From an uncultured Eggerthellaceae bacterium (GTDB lineage Bacteria > Actinomycetota > Coriobacteriia > Coriobacteriales > Eggerthellaceae): DNA of 64,000 nt. The stretch is from NCBI GenBank assembly GCA_910588435.1, contig CAJUPL010000001.1, positions 45,309 through 109,308 of the forward strand, read 5' to 3'. Below the pieces are notes generated by a model that was not told the origin of the DNA, made no database searches, and saw nothing but the letters and a program-made list of their open reading frames with translations. The translations under genes were made by a program, and so were the position numbers. This document shows, in pieces, positions 56,280-64,000 of the stretch. The first letter of the stretch is position 1; every line of letters begins with the position of its first letter.

Positions 56280-56741
56280 TCAGATCCTTTCGTCGGCAGC
56301 ATTTGCGATGGAAGCATTGACCGCGCGTCCGAACATCTTCAGCATGGCTTCGGCGTCTTCAAGGCGCTGAAGTGCTATGCCCTGGGATTCATCACCCAAG
56401 ATGAGCAGCTCATCCCCGCTTTCCAAGCCGAACACCTCACGAGCCTTCTTCGGGATGACGATCTGCCCGCGCTCTCCTATCTTTGCGATGCCGAAGATAT
56501 GCAACCCGGCTGGCGGGATAGGGTACCCGGCGCGTTCTTCGGAATGGTTCACCAGGTCATCCAGGCGCACTTTGAACAGTCGTGAAAGCGCTTGAGCGTT
56601 CACTAGGTCTGGTACCGCCTCACCGGATTCCCACTTTGCAACTGTCTGACGAGATACGCCCAAGCGCTCAGCTAGCGCTTCTTGGGTGAGCGATCCTTGT
56701 GTACGCAATGTCTGTATGTTTTGAGCGATCATCCTTTTCAT
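56280..56741 (-). CDS. XRE-family HTH regulator fused to a SpoVT/AbrB-like domain
   Basis: HTH LTQEALAERLGVSRQTVAKWESGEAVPD and a C-terminal swapped-hairpin-like IAKIGERGQIVIPKKAREVFGLESGDELLIL. The start is at 56741 or 56732. Confidence 0.8.
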   Translation of the reverse strand: MKRMIAQNIQTLRTQGSLTQEALAERLGVSRQTVAKWESGEAVPDLVNAQALSRLFKVRLDDLVNHSEERAGYPIPPAGLHIFGIAKIGERGQIVIPKKAREVFGLESGDELLILGDESQGIALQRLEDAEAMLKMFGRAVNASIANAADERI

Positions 56742-57047
56742 GCCTCCGATGAGATCATAGAGCGCTATATCGGTGAATGCTATCAACTAGGCGCGTCATC
56801 TTCCGGATGGAAATGTAACCCATAGTTGGCATGGGCGCGACTGAGCAATCCGAGCTACAGATAATCGTTTTGCAGATGATGGCCTCGCTGAGCAATAAGG
56901 GCAGATAAGGCGATCGGAAGGGATTGGCCGGGATCAGATCGTCACTGAGTCAAAAAGGGCTACGATCAAATAATGACCCTTGCGAACGACTCCGGTGTTG
57001 ATATCAGTGTTAGATTTATGGCGAGAACATGATAGTAGCTAGCGGTT

Positions 57048-57791
57048 GTGAAAAAGGGCATGAAGCCGAAAGAGCTATTGGAAGGAAGAAGGGGTGAAGG
57101 AGTGGGGCTAAGAAGACTGACAGATAAGATTTACTATCTTCCCCACGACCCGGAGCTTGACAGACCGATGCTGGCTTATGTGAAAGGTGATAAGTATGCC
57201 TTAGCTATCGATGCGGGGTATTCGGCATCCCATGTGAGAAGCTTTTATGCGGCATTGAGGGCTTGCAATTTCGGAGAACCTGATTTCACGGTGATCACGC
57301 ACTGGCACTATGACCATACCTTTGGATTGTGTGCCGCAGAAGGCGTCAGCATCGCACATCAGAAAACAAACCTCTTCCTAAGGGAGCAGAAGGTTAAGGC
57401 TCAAGGTAGAGGCTATGTTGATGATTTAAAAGAGAGTGATGCTCACTTTGCAAAAGAATATACAGGACGGAACGAAGTGAGTATCGTGTTGGCTGACCTC
57501 GAATTCTCGAATGAGATCATATTGAATTTGGGAAATCTAACGGCTCGAGTTTTCCATACCGATTCGCCCCATTCAGAAGATACAACTTGCGTTCTCATTC
57601 CAGAAGAAGGAGTTCTCTTCTTGGGTGACTCTACAAGCGAGGATTTCTTCAATGGCGGCTATATGGACAAAGCAAAGCTGAATCGTCTGATCCTTACAAT
57701 TCGCTCTATAGATTGCAAGTACTGTGCGCTTAGTCATTGCGAACCTCTGGAAAAGGATGAGCTGCTTGCGTACTTGGATAGCATTGGATGA
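57048..57791 (+). CDS. MBL-fold metallo-hydrolase
   Basis: HxHxDH motif in VITHWHYDHTFG, plus a later His (VFHTDSPHSEDT) and Asp (LFLGDS). Local GC is visibly lower than in the flanks. Confidence 0.8.
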   Translation: MKKGMKPKELLEGRRGEGVGLRRLTDKIYYLPHDPELDRPMLAYVKGDKYALAIDAGYSASHVRSFYAALRACNFGEPDFTVITHWHYDHTFGLCAAEGVSIAHQKTNLFLREQKVKAQGRGYVDDLKESDAHFAKEYTGRNEVSIVLADLEFSNEIILNLGNLTARVFHTDSPHSEDTTCVLIPEEGVLFLGDSTSEDFFNGGYMDKAKLNRLILTIRSIDCKYCALSHCEPLEKDELLAYLDSIG

Positions 57792-57890
57792 TTGCTGAAG
57801 TTGCCTTAGCGGGGTAGAGGAACCGTAGAGGCGTCGGTCGGCTTCCGTTGCATGAAATAGCCTCATCGCTAATTGTCGTTGGAGGAAACT

Positions 57891-58343
57891 ATGGGTGAAT
57901 TGAGGTATATAGATATCAGAGAAGACCCGCAGCTTGCAGAGGATGCGGCTGCTTGGTTCCATTCGAAGTGGGAAGTTCCCGAGGAAGAATACCTTTCTTG
58001 CATCACAGCATACCTCAACCACGAAAACGAGCTCGGATGGTTCCTTTGCTTGGACGACGATGATGTTGTTGGCGGACTTGGGGTGATAGAGAACGATTTC
58101 CACGACAGGAAGGATCTCGCTCCCAATATCTGCGCGGTTTATACCGAAGTGAGCTATCGGGGGGAGGGCATTGCTGGACGTTTGTTGGACGCCGCCGTTG
58201 TTAATTTGAGAGCAGAGGGCATCTCGCCGGTGTATCTGGTCACTGAGCTAACCGGTTTCTATGAGAGATACGGATGGGAATTTCTCTGCATGGTGCAGGA
58301 TGAGAGCGGACTCGGTTTGCTGAGAATGTACGTACATGAATAG
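57891..58343 (+). CDS. GNAT-family N-acetyltransferase
   Basis: Motif A VYTEVSYRGEGIAGRLLDAAV. The ATG is 5 nt after GGAGG. Confidence 0.75.
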   Translation: MGELRYIDIREDPQLAEDAAAWFHSKWEVPEEEYLSCITAYLNHENELGWFLCLDDDDVVGGLGVIENDFHDRKDLAPNICAVYTEVSYRGEGIAGRLLDAAVVNLRAEGISPVYLVTELTGFYERYGWEFLCMVQDESGLGLLRMYVHE

Positions 58344-58450
58344 TCCGTCTCGATCGAATGAGCTGCTCTGGAGTGCGCAATCGGCGTTATTGGGTCTGAA
58401 CTATCTCGATTCGCAAATTGCAGGGCAATCGAAGTCAGGCGTTTCTGCCG

Positions 58451-59086
58451 TCATGCTTTCCTCACTGGATGGCGGATGACAGTCTTCAATTTCTCCGGCT
58501 TGCAGCGGCGAGGGTCGGAGAGGTAGATCTCGTGGTGGAGGCGCTTGCTGCTGAAGTCGGGGACGTATCCCTGACTCTCAGCGAAGTCGTGCATCTTCGC
58601 AACGGTTGAGGGTTCGCTGTCGTATGGGCCGACATGCATGCACTGCACGCAAAGGCCCTCGTTCATGGGCATGAACTCCACCTTCGAGAAATCCTGCTCC
58701 TTCTTCACGGTGGCCTCAGATATGGCCCATTCGAAGTCTTCCCTTGTGACGAAGTCAGGTAGGCGGATGCACGATATGAAGCGCAAGTCTTCCTTGCGCG
58801 AGCAGCCGATCTTGTTCGTTGCGCCTTCTTGCCACCAGAAGCCCTCAAGCGGTGGCACTACGTAATCGAAGTAGCCTTCTATCCGGTGGTCACCCTTCTT
58901 CGACATCTTGATGGTGAAGGCGACGGCGTACAGAAGCCCGATGGACTGCTTATACTCACCGCCTTCGATGGTGGGATCACCCGAGCCAAGGACGACAATG
59001 TAATTCATGGGCGGCACATCAACGATGGTCGGCTTCTTGGGAGGGGAGTAGAATTCCTTGTATTCCCGTTTGTAGTCGAACGCCAT
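58451..59086 (-). CDS. GyrI-like small-molecule-binding domain protein
   Basis: 211 aa. The N-terminus FDYKREYKEFYSPPKKPTIVDVPPMNYIVV and the duplicated beta-alpha-beta-beta layout are typical of GyrI-like/effector-binding proteins. Confidence 0.65.
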   Translation of the reverse strand: MAFDYKREYKEFYSPPKKPTIVDVPPMNYIVVLGSGDPTIEGGEYKQSIGLLYAVAFTIKMSKKGDHRIEGYFDYVVPPLEGFWWQEGATNKIGCSRKEDLRFISCIRLPDFVTREDFEWAISEATVKKEQDFSKVEFMPMNEGLCVQCMHVGPYDSEPSTVAKMHDFAESQGYVPDFSSKRLHHEIYLSDPRRCKPEKLKTVIRHPVRKA

Positions 59087-59151
59087 GAGCAGTCCGCCCT
59101 TCTATTGATATCGCATTAATTATCTCACGCTGCAGACGCATCCCCTTATCT

Positions 59152-59344
59152 GTGGACGTTCGCATTGCTTGCCGCAGCTGTGTGCTATCACAGCGTGATG
59201 AGGGTGATAACTCGAAATACCCGGATACTTGGCCTGCGACAGGTTGGGTTGTCTAACCAGTTGCTTTGTTCCAGGTATTCGCAGGCTCATCGCCTGCGTT
59301 ATGTTGCACTGGCGTGCAACTGCGCTTGCAATGCAAACGCCCAC
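59152..59344 (-). repeat. Structured intergenic repeat, copy E (inverted orientation)
   Basis: The reverse complement aligns along its full length to copies A1-D. It is the most diverged copy and carries compensated changes in the long-range stem. Confidence 0.8.
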
Positions 59345-59410
59345 AAGAAATGAGGAGTAGAACATGGACCGGGGCGCGTCAGTGCCTCAAGGCCGCTACG
59401 GCAGCTGTGC

Positions 59411-59962
59411 TCACAGAGCGTATTCAAGCTGGCAGTCGAGGGGCTGTGACGTCACGTGCTGCTTGTTCGGCTCTGCAGCATCTACGCACCCAAGCGAGCG
59501 GTAGAACCCTTGTGTCTCAACAGCGGAATGCGATGATATGTACAGCTTCTTCGCACCTTGACCCTTCGCCCACTTAGCAGCTTTGCCGAATAGCTTCTTT
59601 CCGATGCCTTTTCCGCGCATGTCCTCTGATACATGTAGGGAAGTCAGATCCAGATAGCGGTTCTCTCCTCCGAAGAAGGCGCTCTCCACTGACGCGAACC
59701 CCTTGAGCTCTCCGTTCGAAAAGGCTCCAAGCACGAATCCGCCAGTGGAGATGGTATTCCGAAGACAATCTACGAGCACATGGAGATCCTCGTCTGACCA
59801 ATCATCAATGAAGGGATCGGGGCGAATGTCCCAGGCATCCCCTTCTCGGCGATAGCAGAGATTCACTTCCTGATGCCGTATGAAGCTACGGAACAGGTCA
59901 CGATCGATCCGGTCATATGAGAGCGTTTGGCATTCGATCACAGGGCCTCCTTCATCTAACAT
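59411..59962 (-). CDS. GNAT-family N-acetyltransferase
   Basis: Motif A LHVSEDMRGKGIGKKLFGKAAKWAK. Confidence 0.8.
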   Translation of the reverse strand: MLDEGGPVIECQTLSYDRIDRDLFRSFIRHQEVNLCYRREGDAWDIRPDPFIDDWSDEDLHVLVDCLRNTISTGGFVLGAFSNGELKGFASVESAFFGGENRYLDLTSLHVSEDMRGKGIGKKLFGKAAKWAKGQGAKKLYISSHSAVETQGFYRSLGCVDAAEPNKQHVTSQPLDCQLEYAL

Positions 59963-60309
59963 GGTGCTTATACTAGAGCAAGACGATATGGATCAGAGAT
60001 ATATCCAAGGGAGCATTGCACGATGGCGGATCTACCCACAAATGATGATAGCGAAGCGCCTGAAGACCTTGCAAGATCGTCTGTGATAGGCAAGTCACGC
60101 ACTATGAGCAATGGAAGTCTGAGAGATAGGTGAATCCGCTTCTTCTTCCACGAATATCGTCACGCTGAGCTGGGGATGCAACCGACGGTTGACAAGGATT
60201 GCAAACCTTAGTTGGTGGTGCGCATGATCAGCGTAGATGATAATCGCCAGCGTTCTGCTCTCCAAATGCTGAGAGCTTCGAATTCGAATGATGAGAGAGG
60301 TTTCGATCG

Positions 60310-60840
60310 ATGAGCGATATCAGCGACCGCCTTGCCAAGCTGAGGCGGGATAACGGATTGAATCAGGAGGAGCTGGCTGAGAAGCTGGGCGTTTCTAGGC
60401 AGGCTATCTCAAAGTGGGAGAGGGGTGAGTCCGCTCCGGATCTGAGCAATCTCATCGCCTTGTCAGATCTCTTCGACGTGAGCATCGACTACCTTGCCAA
60501 GGGGAAGGAAGAGGAGGATGCGGCTCCCAAAGAAGAGGAAGAGCTACGTGCTCCTGATCCTGAGAGCATCGTCTACCCAGATGTTGACGATGTGCAGATG
60601 CCTTCAAGCAGTGTGCATTCGGCAGGGCAAGAGGGACGAAGGCGCAGTCCTTGGGCCACGTTCCCATACCCCATTGCTGTAGTGCTGCTCTACTTGCTGA
60701 TAGGGTTCGCCTTCGGTGGGTGGCATCCTTGGTGGCTGTTGTTCCTCACCATTCCGGTCTACTACTGGATCGTCCAGGTTGTCATCCATGACCCGGAATA
60801 CATCAAGGATCACCCGCAATACAAGAGCAGCCAGAGGTGA
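60310..60840 (+). CDS. XRE-family HTH protein with C-terminal transmembrane segment pair
   Basis: HTH LNQEELAEKLGVSRQAISKWERGESAPD, an acidic linker, then two TM helices (WATFPYPIAVVLLYLLIGFAFGGWHPWWLLFLTIPVYYWIV). Confidence 0.75.
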   Translation: MSDISDRLAKLRRDNGLNQEELAEKLGVSRQAISKWERGESAPDLSNLIALSDLFDVSIDYLAKGKEEEDAAPKEEEELRAPDPESIVYPDVDDVQMPSSSVHSAGQEGRRRSPWATFPYPIAVVLLYLLIGFAFGGWHPWWLLFLTIPVYYWIVQVVIHDPEYIKDHPQYKSSQR

Positions 60841-60846
60841 TAGCGC

Positions 60847-61755
60847 ATGAACCTGACGACAGAGAGCAAGAAGAAGATCTTGGCGATCATCGCGGGAACG
60901 ATCGTCGTTTGCATATTGCTTGCAGCGGTGACGACGCCAGGCTGCATGGGGGAGGCGCAGATGGAAGAGAAGACACAGCGCATAGAAGCTGCAGGAGTGA
61001 AGAGCTTGAGCATAGACTTCCCTGTAGGGAAGATGAAGGTGCATGAAGCCGAGCAAGGTGAGAGGAATGTGGTCATCACTGAGCGTGCATCTGGCAATCT
61101 GACAAGGAAGGCTCAGATGGCATGCGATGTTGAAGATGGGACCTTGCGCGTGAGGTTCAAGATGAATCCGCTTGCATGGCTTCCCTTCAATTGGTTCGGG
61201 TCTGGCAACAGAGAGCTGGATATAGCCGTGCCAGCTGAGATACTGAGCTCACTAGATGGTTTCGAACTCCACTGCTCTGCCGGGAAGTCTGAAGTGGAGA
61301 GCTTGAGATGCAAGGCCGCGAACGTGAGCGTATCAGCCGGAGACGTCGTGCTAAATGGCTTGGATGTTGAGGATCATAGCGAACTCAAGCTATCTGCCGG
61401 AAGCTTGAGGATCACAGATGCTAGATTGGGGACATGCAAGCTTGAAGAATCAGCTGGTAAGGTTGATCTGAGCGGAGATATGAGATCGCTCAGCCTCAAG
61501 ACCTCAGCTGGTCAGGCCGTCGTAGAATGCACGAACTCCGATGTGAGCCAGATCGATGTTGGCCTCTCTGCCGGGGACGTCGAACTCATTCTCCCGAATG
61601 ATGCCGGATTCGATGCGGCGGTTGACAAGACGGCAGGCAGCTTCAACTGCCTGTTCGATGCTGAGATACGAGGTGAGACCTACCGGCATGCTGACGGAGA
61701 TATCCCGATAGACATCCACATCACTGCTGGCAGCGTTACGCTAAGGCCCATATAG
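60847..61755 (+). CDS. DUF4097-like beta-helix protein with N-terminal membrane anchor
   Basis: TM helix ILAIIAGTIVVCILLAAV followed by repeated SAG/SAGD-containing strands (VSAGDVVL, LSAGSLRI, ESAGKVDL, TSAGQAVV, LSAGDVEL, TAGSVTL). Confidence 0.6.
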   Translation: MNLTTESKKKILAIIAGTIVVCILLAAVTTPGCMGEAQMEEKTQRIEAAGVKSLSIDFPVGKMKVHEAEQGERNVVITERASGNLTRKAQMACDVEDGTLRVRFKMNPLAWLPFNWFGSGNRELDIAVPAEILSSLDGFELHCSAGKSEVESLRCKAANVSVSAGDVVLNGLDVEDHSELKLSAGSLRITDARLGTCKLEESAGKVDLSGDMRSLSLKTSAGQAVVECTNSDVSQIDVGLSAGDVELILPNDAGFDAAVDKTAGSFNCLFDAEIRGETYRHADGDIPIDIHITAGSVTLRPI

Positions 61756-61779
61756 CTATAGTTTGGTAAGCTAGGCGGC

Positions 61780-63132
61780 ATGGAAGAGAAGGTAGCAGTC
61801 ATAGGGGCGGGGCTTGCCGGAAGCGAGGCGGCTCTTGCCCTTGCTAGCATGGGCATTCCCGTCAGGCTATATGAGATGCGTCCTGACAAGAGCACGCCTG
61901 TGCACAAGACGGGAGCGTTCGCAGAGCTGGTCTGCTCCAACTCATTGAAGGGCATGCGCGAGGACAGCGCGGCGGGCATGCTGAAAGATGAGCTCTCCGT
62001 CCTTGGCTCTCCTTTGTACAAGATGGCGCTTGACAGCAGGGTGGCTGCAGGTGGCGCGCTTGCGGTGGACCGCATCCAGTTCTCAGATGCCGTCACCTCA
62101 GCCATTGAGCAAGATCCGCTGATAGAGGTGGTGCGCTCTGAGGCCACAACGCTCGAAGAGGCAGCAGATGGTGCAGCAGCTGTCATAGTTGCCACAGGCC
62201 CTCTGACATCAGACGCCCTGAGCGCTGACCTGATAGCAGCCTTTGGGCAGGAGGAGCTTGCCTTCTATGACGCCGCAGCCCCCATCGTCATGGCCGATAG
62301 CCTTGATATGGACATAGTCTTCAGGCAGAGCAGGTACGAAGACGGCGGAGATTACCTGAACGCCCCCATGAGCAAAGAGGAGTACACGGCATTCATAGAG
62401 GCGCTCCTTGCGGCCGACAAGGTCATCGCGAAGGATTTCGAGAGCAAGGACCTGTTCCAGGCGTGCCAACCTATAGAGGAGGTTGCGCGCGCAGGGTTCG
62501 ACGCGCCACGCTTCGGAGCGTTGAAGCCTGTCGGGCTGACTGACCCGAGAACTGGCAAGCGCCCGCATGCTGTGGTACAGCTACGTGCTGAAGACGCATC
62601 GTCTGCAAGCTTCAACCTAGTGGGCTTCCAGACGAACCTCACCTTCCCGGCTCAAAGGGAGGTATTCCGCATGATCCCTGGCCTTGAGCAGGCCGAGTTC
62701 GCAAGATATGGGGTCATGCATAGGAACACGTTCATCAACGCGCCTGCGGTGCTTGACGCATATGGCAAGGTCCGCAAAGACATCCTGGATGTGCCTGTGC
62801 TCGTTGCGGGCCAGCTAGCTGGAACGGAAGGATACTGTGAAGCCATCCGCTCTGGGCTAAATTGCGCCATCAGCGTCCTGGCGATGCTCAAGGGCAAGGA
62901 CATCCCGCCGGTTCCGAAAGAGTGCGCATTTGGCTCCCTCATGGCGTACGCAACGGATGAGAGCACTGCTGACTATCAGCCGATGCATGTGAACTTCGGC
63001 ATCATGGCACCGCTTGAGCAACCCATCCGGAACAAGCGCGATCGCTACATGGCATACGCCAAGCGCGGGGGTGAGGCCATCAGGAGCTACGCAGACCTGC
63101 TCTCATCATCTGGAGTTTGGGAGGCCAGATGA
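61780..63132 (+). CDS. trmFO: Methylenetetrahydrofolate--tRNA-(uracil54-C5)-methyltransferase
   Basis: FAD-binding VIGAGLAGSEAALALA plus ELVCSNSLK, FAGQLAGTEGYCE-like and HVNFG blocks. Confidence 0.95.
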   Translation: MEEKVAVIGAGLAGSEAALALASMGIPVRLYEMRPDKSTPVHKTGAFAELVCSNSLKGMREDSAAGMLKDELSVLGSPLYKMALDSRVAAGGALAVDRIQFSDAVTSAIEQDPLIEVVRSEATTLEEAADGAAAVIVATGPLTSDALSADLIAAFGQEELAFYDAAAPIVMADSLDMDIVFRQSRYEDGGDYLNAPMSKEEYTAFIEALLAADKVIAKDFESKDLFQACQPIEEVARAGFDAPRFGALKPVGLTDPRTGKRPHAVVQLRAEDASSASFNLVGFQTNLTFPAQREVFRMIPGLEQAEFARYGVMHRNTFINAPAVLDAYGKVRKDILDVPVLVAGQLAGTEGYCEAIRSGLNCAISVLAMLKGKDIPPVPKECAFGSLMAYATDESTADYQPMHVNFGIMAPLEQPIRNKRDRYMAYAKRGGEAIRSYADLLSSSGVWEAR

Positions 63133-64000
63133 GCGGTAATGGCACAGATGCCGCACTGGTCATCTCCAGATACTTGGACGCGCTCACATATGAGCGGAAT
63201 CTTTCCCCTAATACGCTCAAAGCCTATTCAGAGGACCTAGGGTCATATGTCAGATGGGCCGAGAGAGAAGGGATAGACCCGCTTCGCCCGGGCAAGCGCG
63301 CTATCAGGGGATATCTTGCCTATCTGGACCAAGCTGGCTATTCGAAGAAGACATCGAACAGGCACCTCTCTGCGCTGAAAGGGTTCTTCGGGTGGGCTAG
63401 CGCCAAGGGGGTCACGGATTCTGACCCAGTGAGCTGCGTGCATGGCTCCAAGGAGGCGAAGCATCTGCCCCAGGTGATACCACCAGGTTCTATGGAGCGC
63501 ATCCTTGACGTTCACGCCAACAGCGAAGACCCATCAGATGTGCGCGATCAGGCAGTTCTGGAGATGATATACGCATGCGGAGCCCGTGTGGCGGAATGCT
63601 CTCATCTGAAGATCAGCTGCACGGACCTTCGCTCATCTCAGCTGAGGCTCTTCGGCAAGGGCTCGAAGGAGCGCATCGTCCCCATCCATGGATTCGCAAG
63701 GGCATCCATCAATAGATACCTTGATGAGGCAAGGTCTCAGCTTGAGTCGGCCTCATCTGGTGAATGGGTGTTCTTGTCCAACAGGGGCAACAGATATTCA
63801 GAGGATTCCATCCGGAAGATGTTCAAGAAGACGCAGCTTGCGGCTGGCTTGGACCCCATCTTCACGCCTCATGACCTGAGGCACACGTTCGCTACGGATG
63901 TGCTGGCGGGGGGTGCAGACTTGAGGAGCGTGCAAGAGATGCTGGGACACTCCAGCCTGTCCACCACCCAGATATACACTCACCTGACTCCTGAGCGATT
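63129..64000 (+). CDS. xerC: Tyrosine recombinase XerC/XerD type, 3' end outside the window
   Basis: This frame is not in the ORF track because it has no stop in the window. My own translation from ATG 63129 (ATGA overlap with trmFO) gives the N-terminal SAM-like domain LSPNTLKAYSEDL and the catalytic region HDLRHTFATDVLAGGADLRSVQEMLGHSSLSTTQIYTH. Confidence 0.9.
   Translation, partial: MSGNGTDAALVISRYLDALTYERNLSPNTLKAYSEDLGSYVRWAEREGIDPLRPGKRAIRGYLAYLDQAGYSKKTSNRHLSALKGFFGWASAKGVTDSDPVSCVHGSKEAKHLPQVIPPGSMERILDVHANSEDPSDVRDQAVLEMIYACGARVAECSHLKISCTDLRSSQLRLFGKGSKERIVPIHGFARASINRYLDEARSQLESASSGEWVFLSNRGNRYSEDSIRKMFKKTQLAAGLDPIFTPHDLRHTFATDVLAGGADLRSVQEMLGHSSLSTTQIYTHLTPER

Noticed and set aside
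56835-56975. Three loosely similar units of about 30-40 nt (ACTGAGCAATCCGAGCTACAGATAA, GCTGAGCAATAAGGGCAGATAA and ACTGAGTCAAAAAGGGCTACGATCAAATAA) upstream of the MBL-fold gene.
   Set aside because: The similarity is weak and gapped, and there is no consistent spacing or structure. This could be chance or a decayed fragment, so it is not strong enough to call a repeat family.
63129-64000. The tyrosine recombinase at the right edge acting as the integrase of the accessory islet.
   Set aside because: It is translationally coupled to trmFO in the conserved trmFO-xerC arrangement. It is separated from the islet by housekeeping-like genes, which fits the chromosome-dimer-resolution XerC rather than a mobile-element integrase.

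Overview
This 64 kb window looks like chromosomal DNA from a moderately high-GC Gram-positive anaerobe. An LPXTG sortase substrate is present, and the gene content and order fit Coriobacteriia-type Actinomycetota; the taxon is inference only. Most of the window is core housekeeping. It includes the uvrA 3' end, gdhA, mnmA and tRNA-Asp, and a heterodimeric ABC exporter pair. It also carries mntP, pheA, a group-1-like membrane-bound [NiFe] hydrogenase operon (small subunit, large subunit, cytochrome b, maturation protease), mfd and gltX. Further along are rpsP-KH-rimM-trmD, lepB, glyQS, PPDK regulator plus ppdK, mtnA, azlCD, rplS, rnhB-yraN-comM-dprA, and trmFO-xerC. Accessory content comprises a HepT/MntA (HEPN/MNT) toxin-antitoxin pair next to tRNA-Asp and a 1227-aa LPXTG surface protein with an adjacent O-antigen-ligase-like gene. 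There is also a compositionally mosaic islet of about 8 kb (52.2-60.3 kb) holding GNATs, hydrolases, XRE regulators and gene remnants. The most unusual signal is non-coding. A structured intergenic element of about 200 nt occurs in five full copies plus two partial copies. It has about 25-nt inverted ends, invariant linker blocks, and internal hairpins whose sequences differ between copies while keeping their pairing. Its end modules are duplicated in variable numbers, and copies bracket and punctuate the accessory islet. Secondary points are a catalytically degenerate AAA+ protein with a MIT-like N-terminus, a nested palindrome present twice, a hairpin-dense 730-nt non-coding tract with a perfect 48-nt palindrome, and a perfect 9-6-9 inverted repeat in the pheA/hydrogenase divergent promoter region. 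No rRNA, CRISPR array, transposase or phage gene was seen. Start codons were chosen by eye from SD motifs and are approximate. All family assignments come from motif recognition, not database searches.
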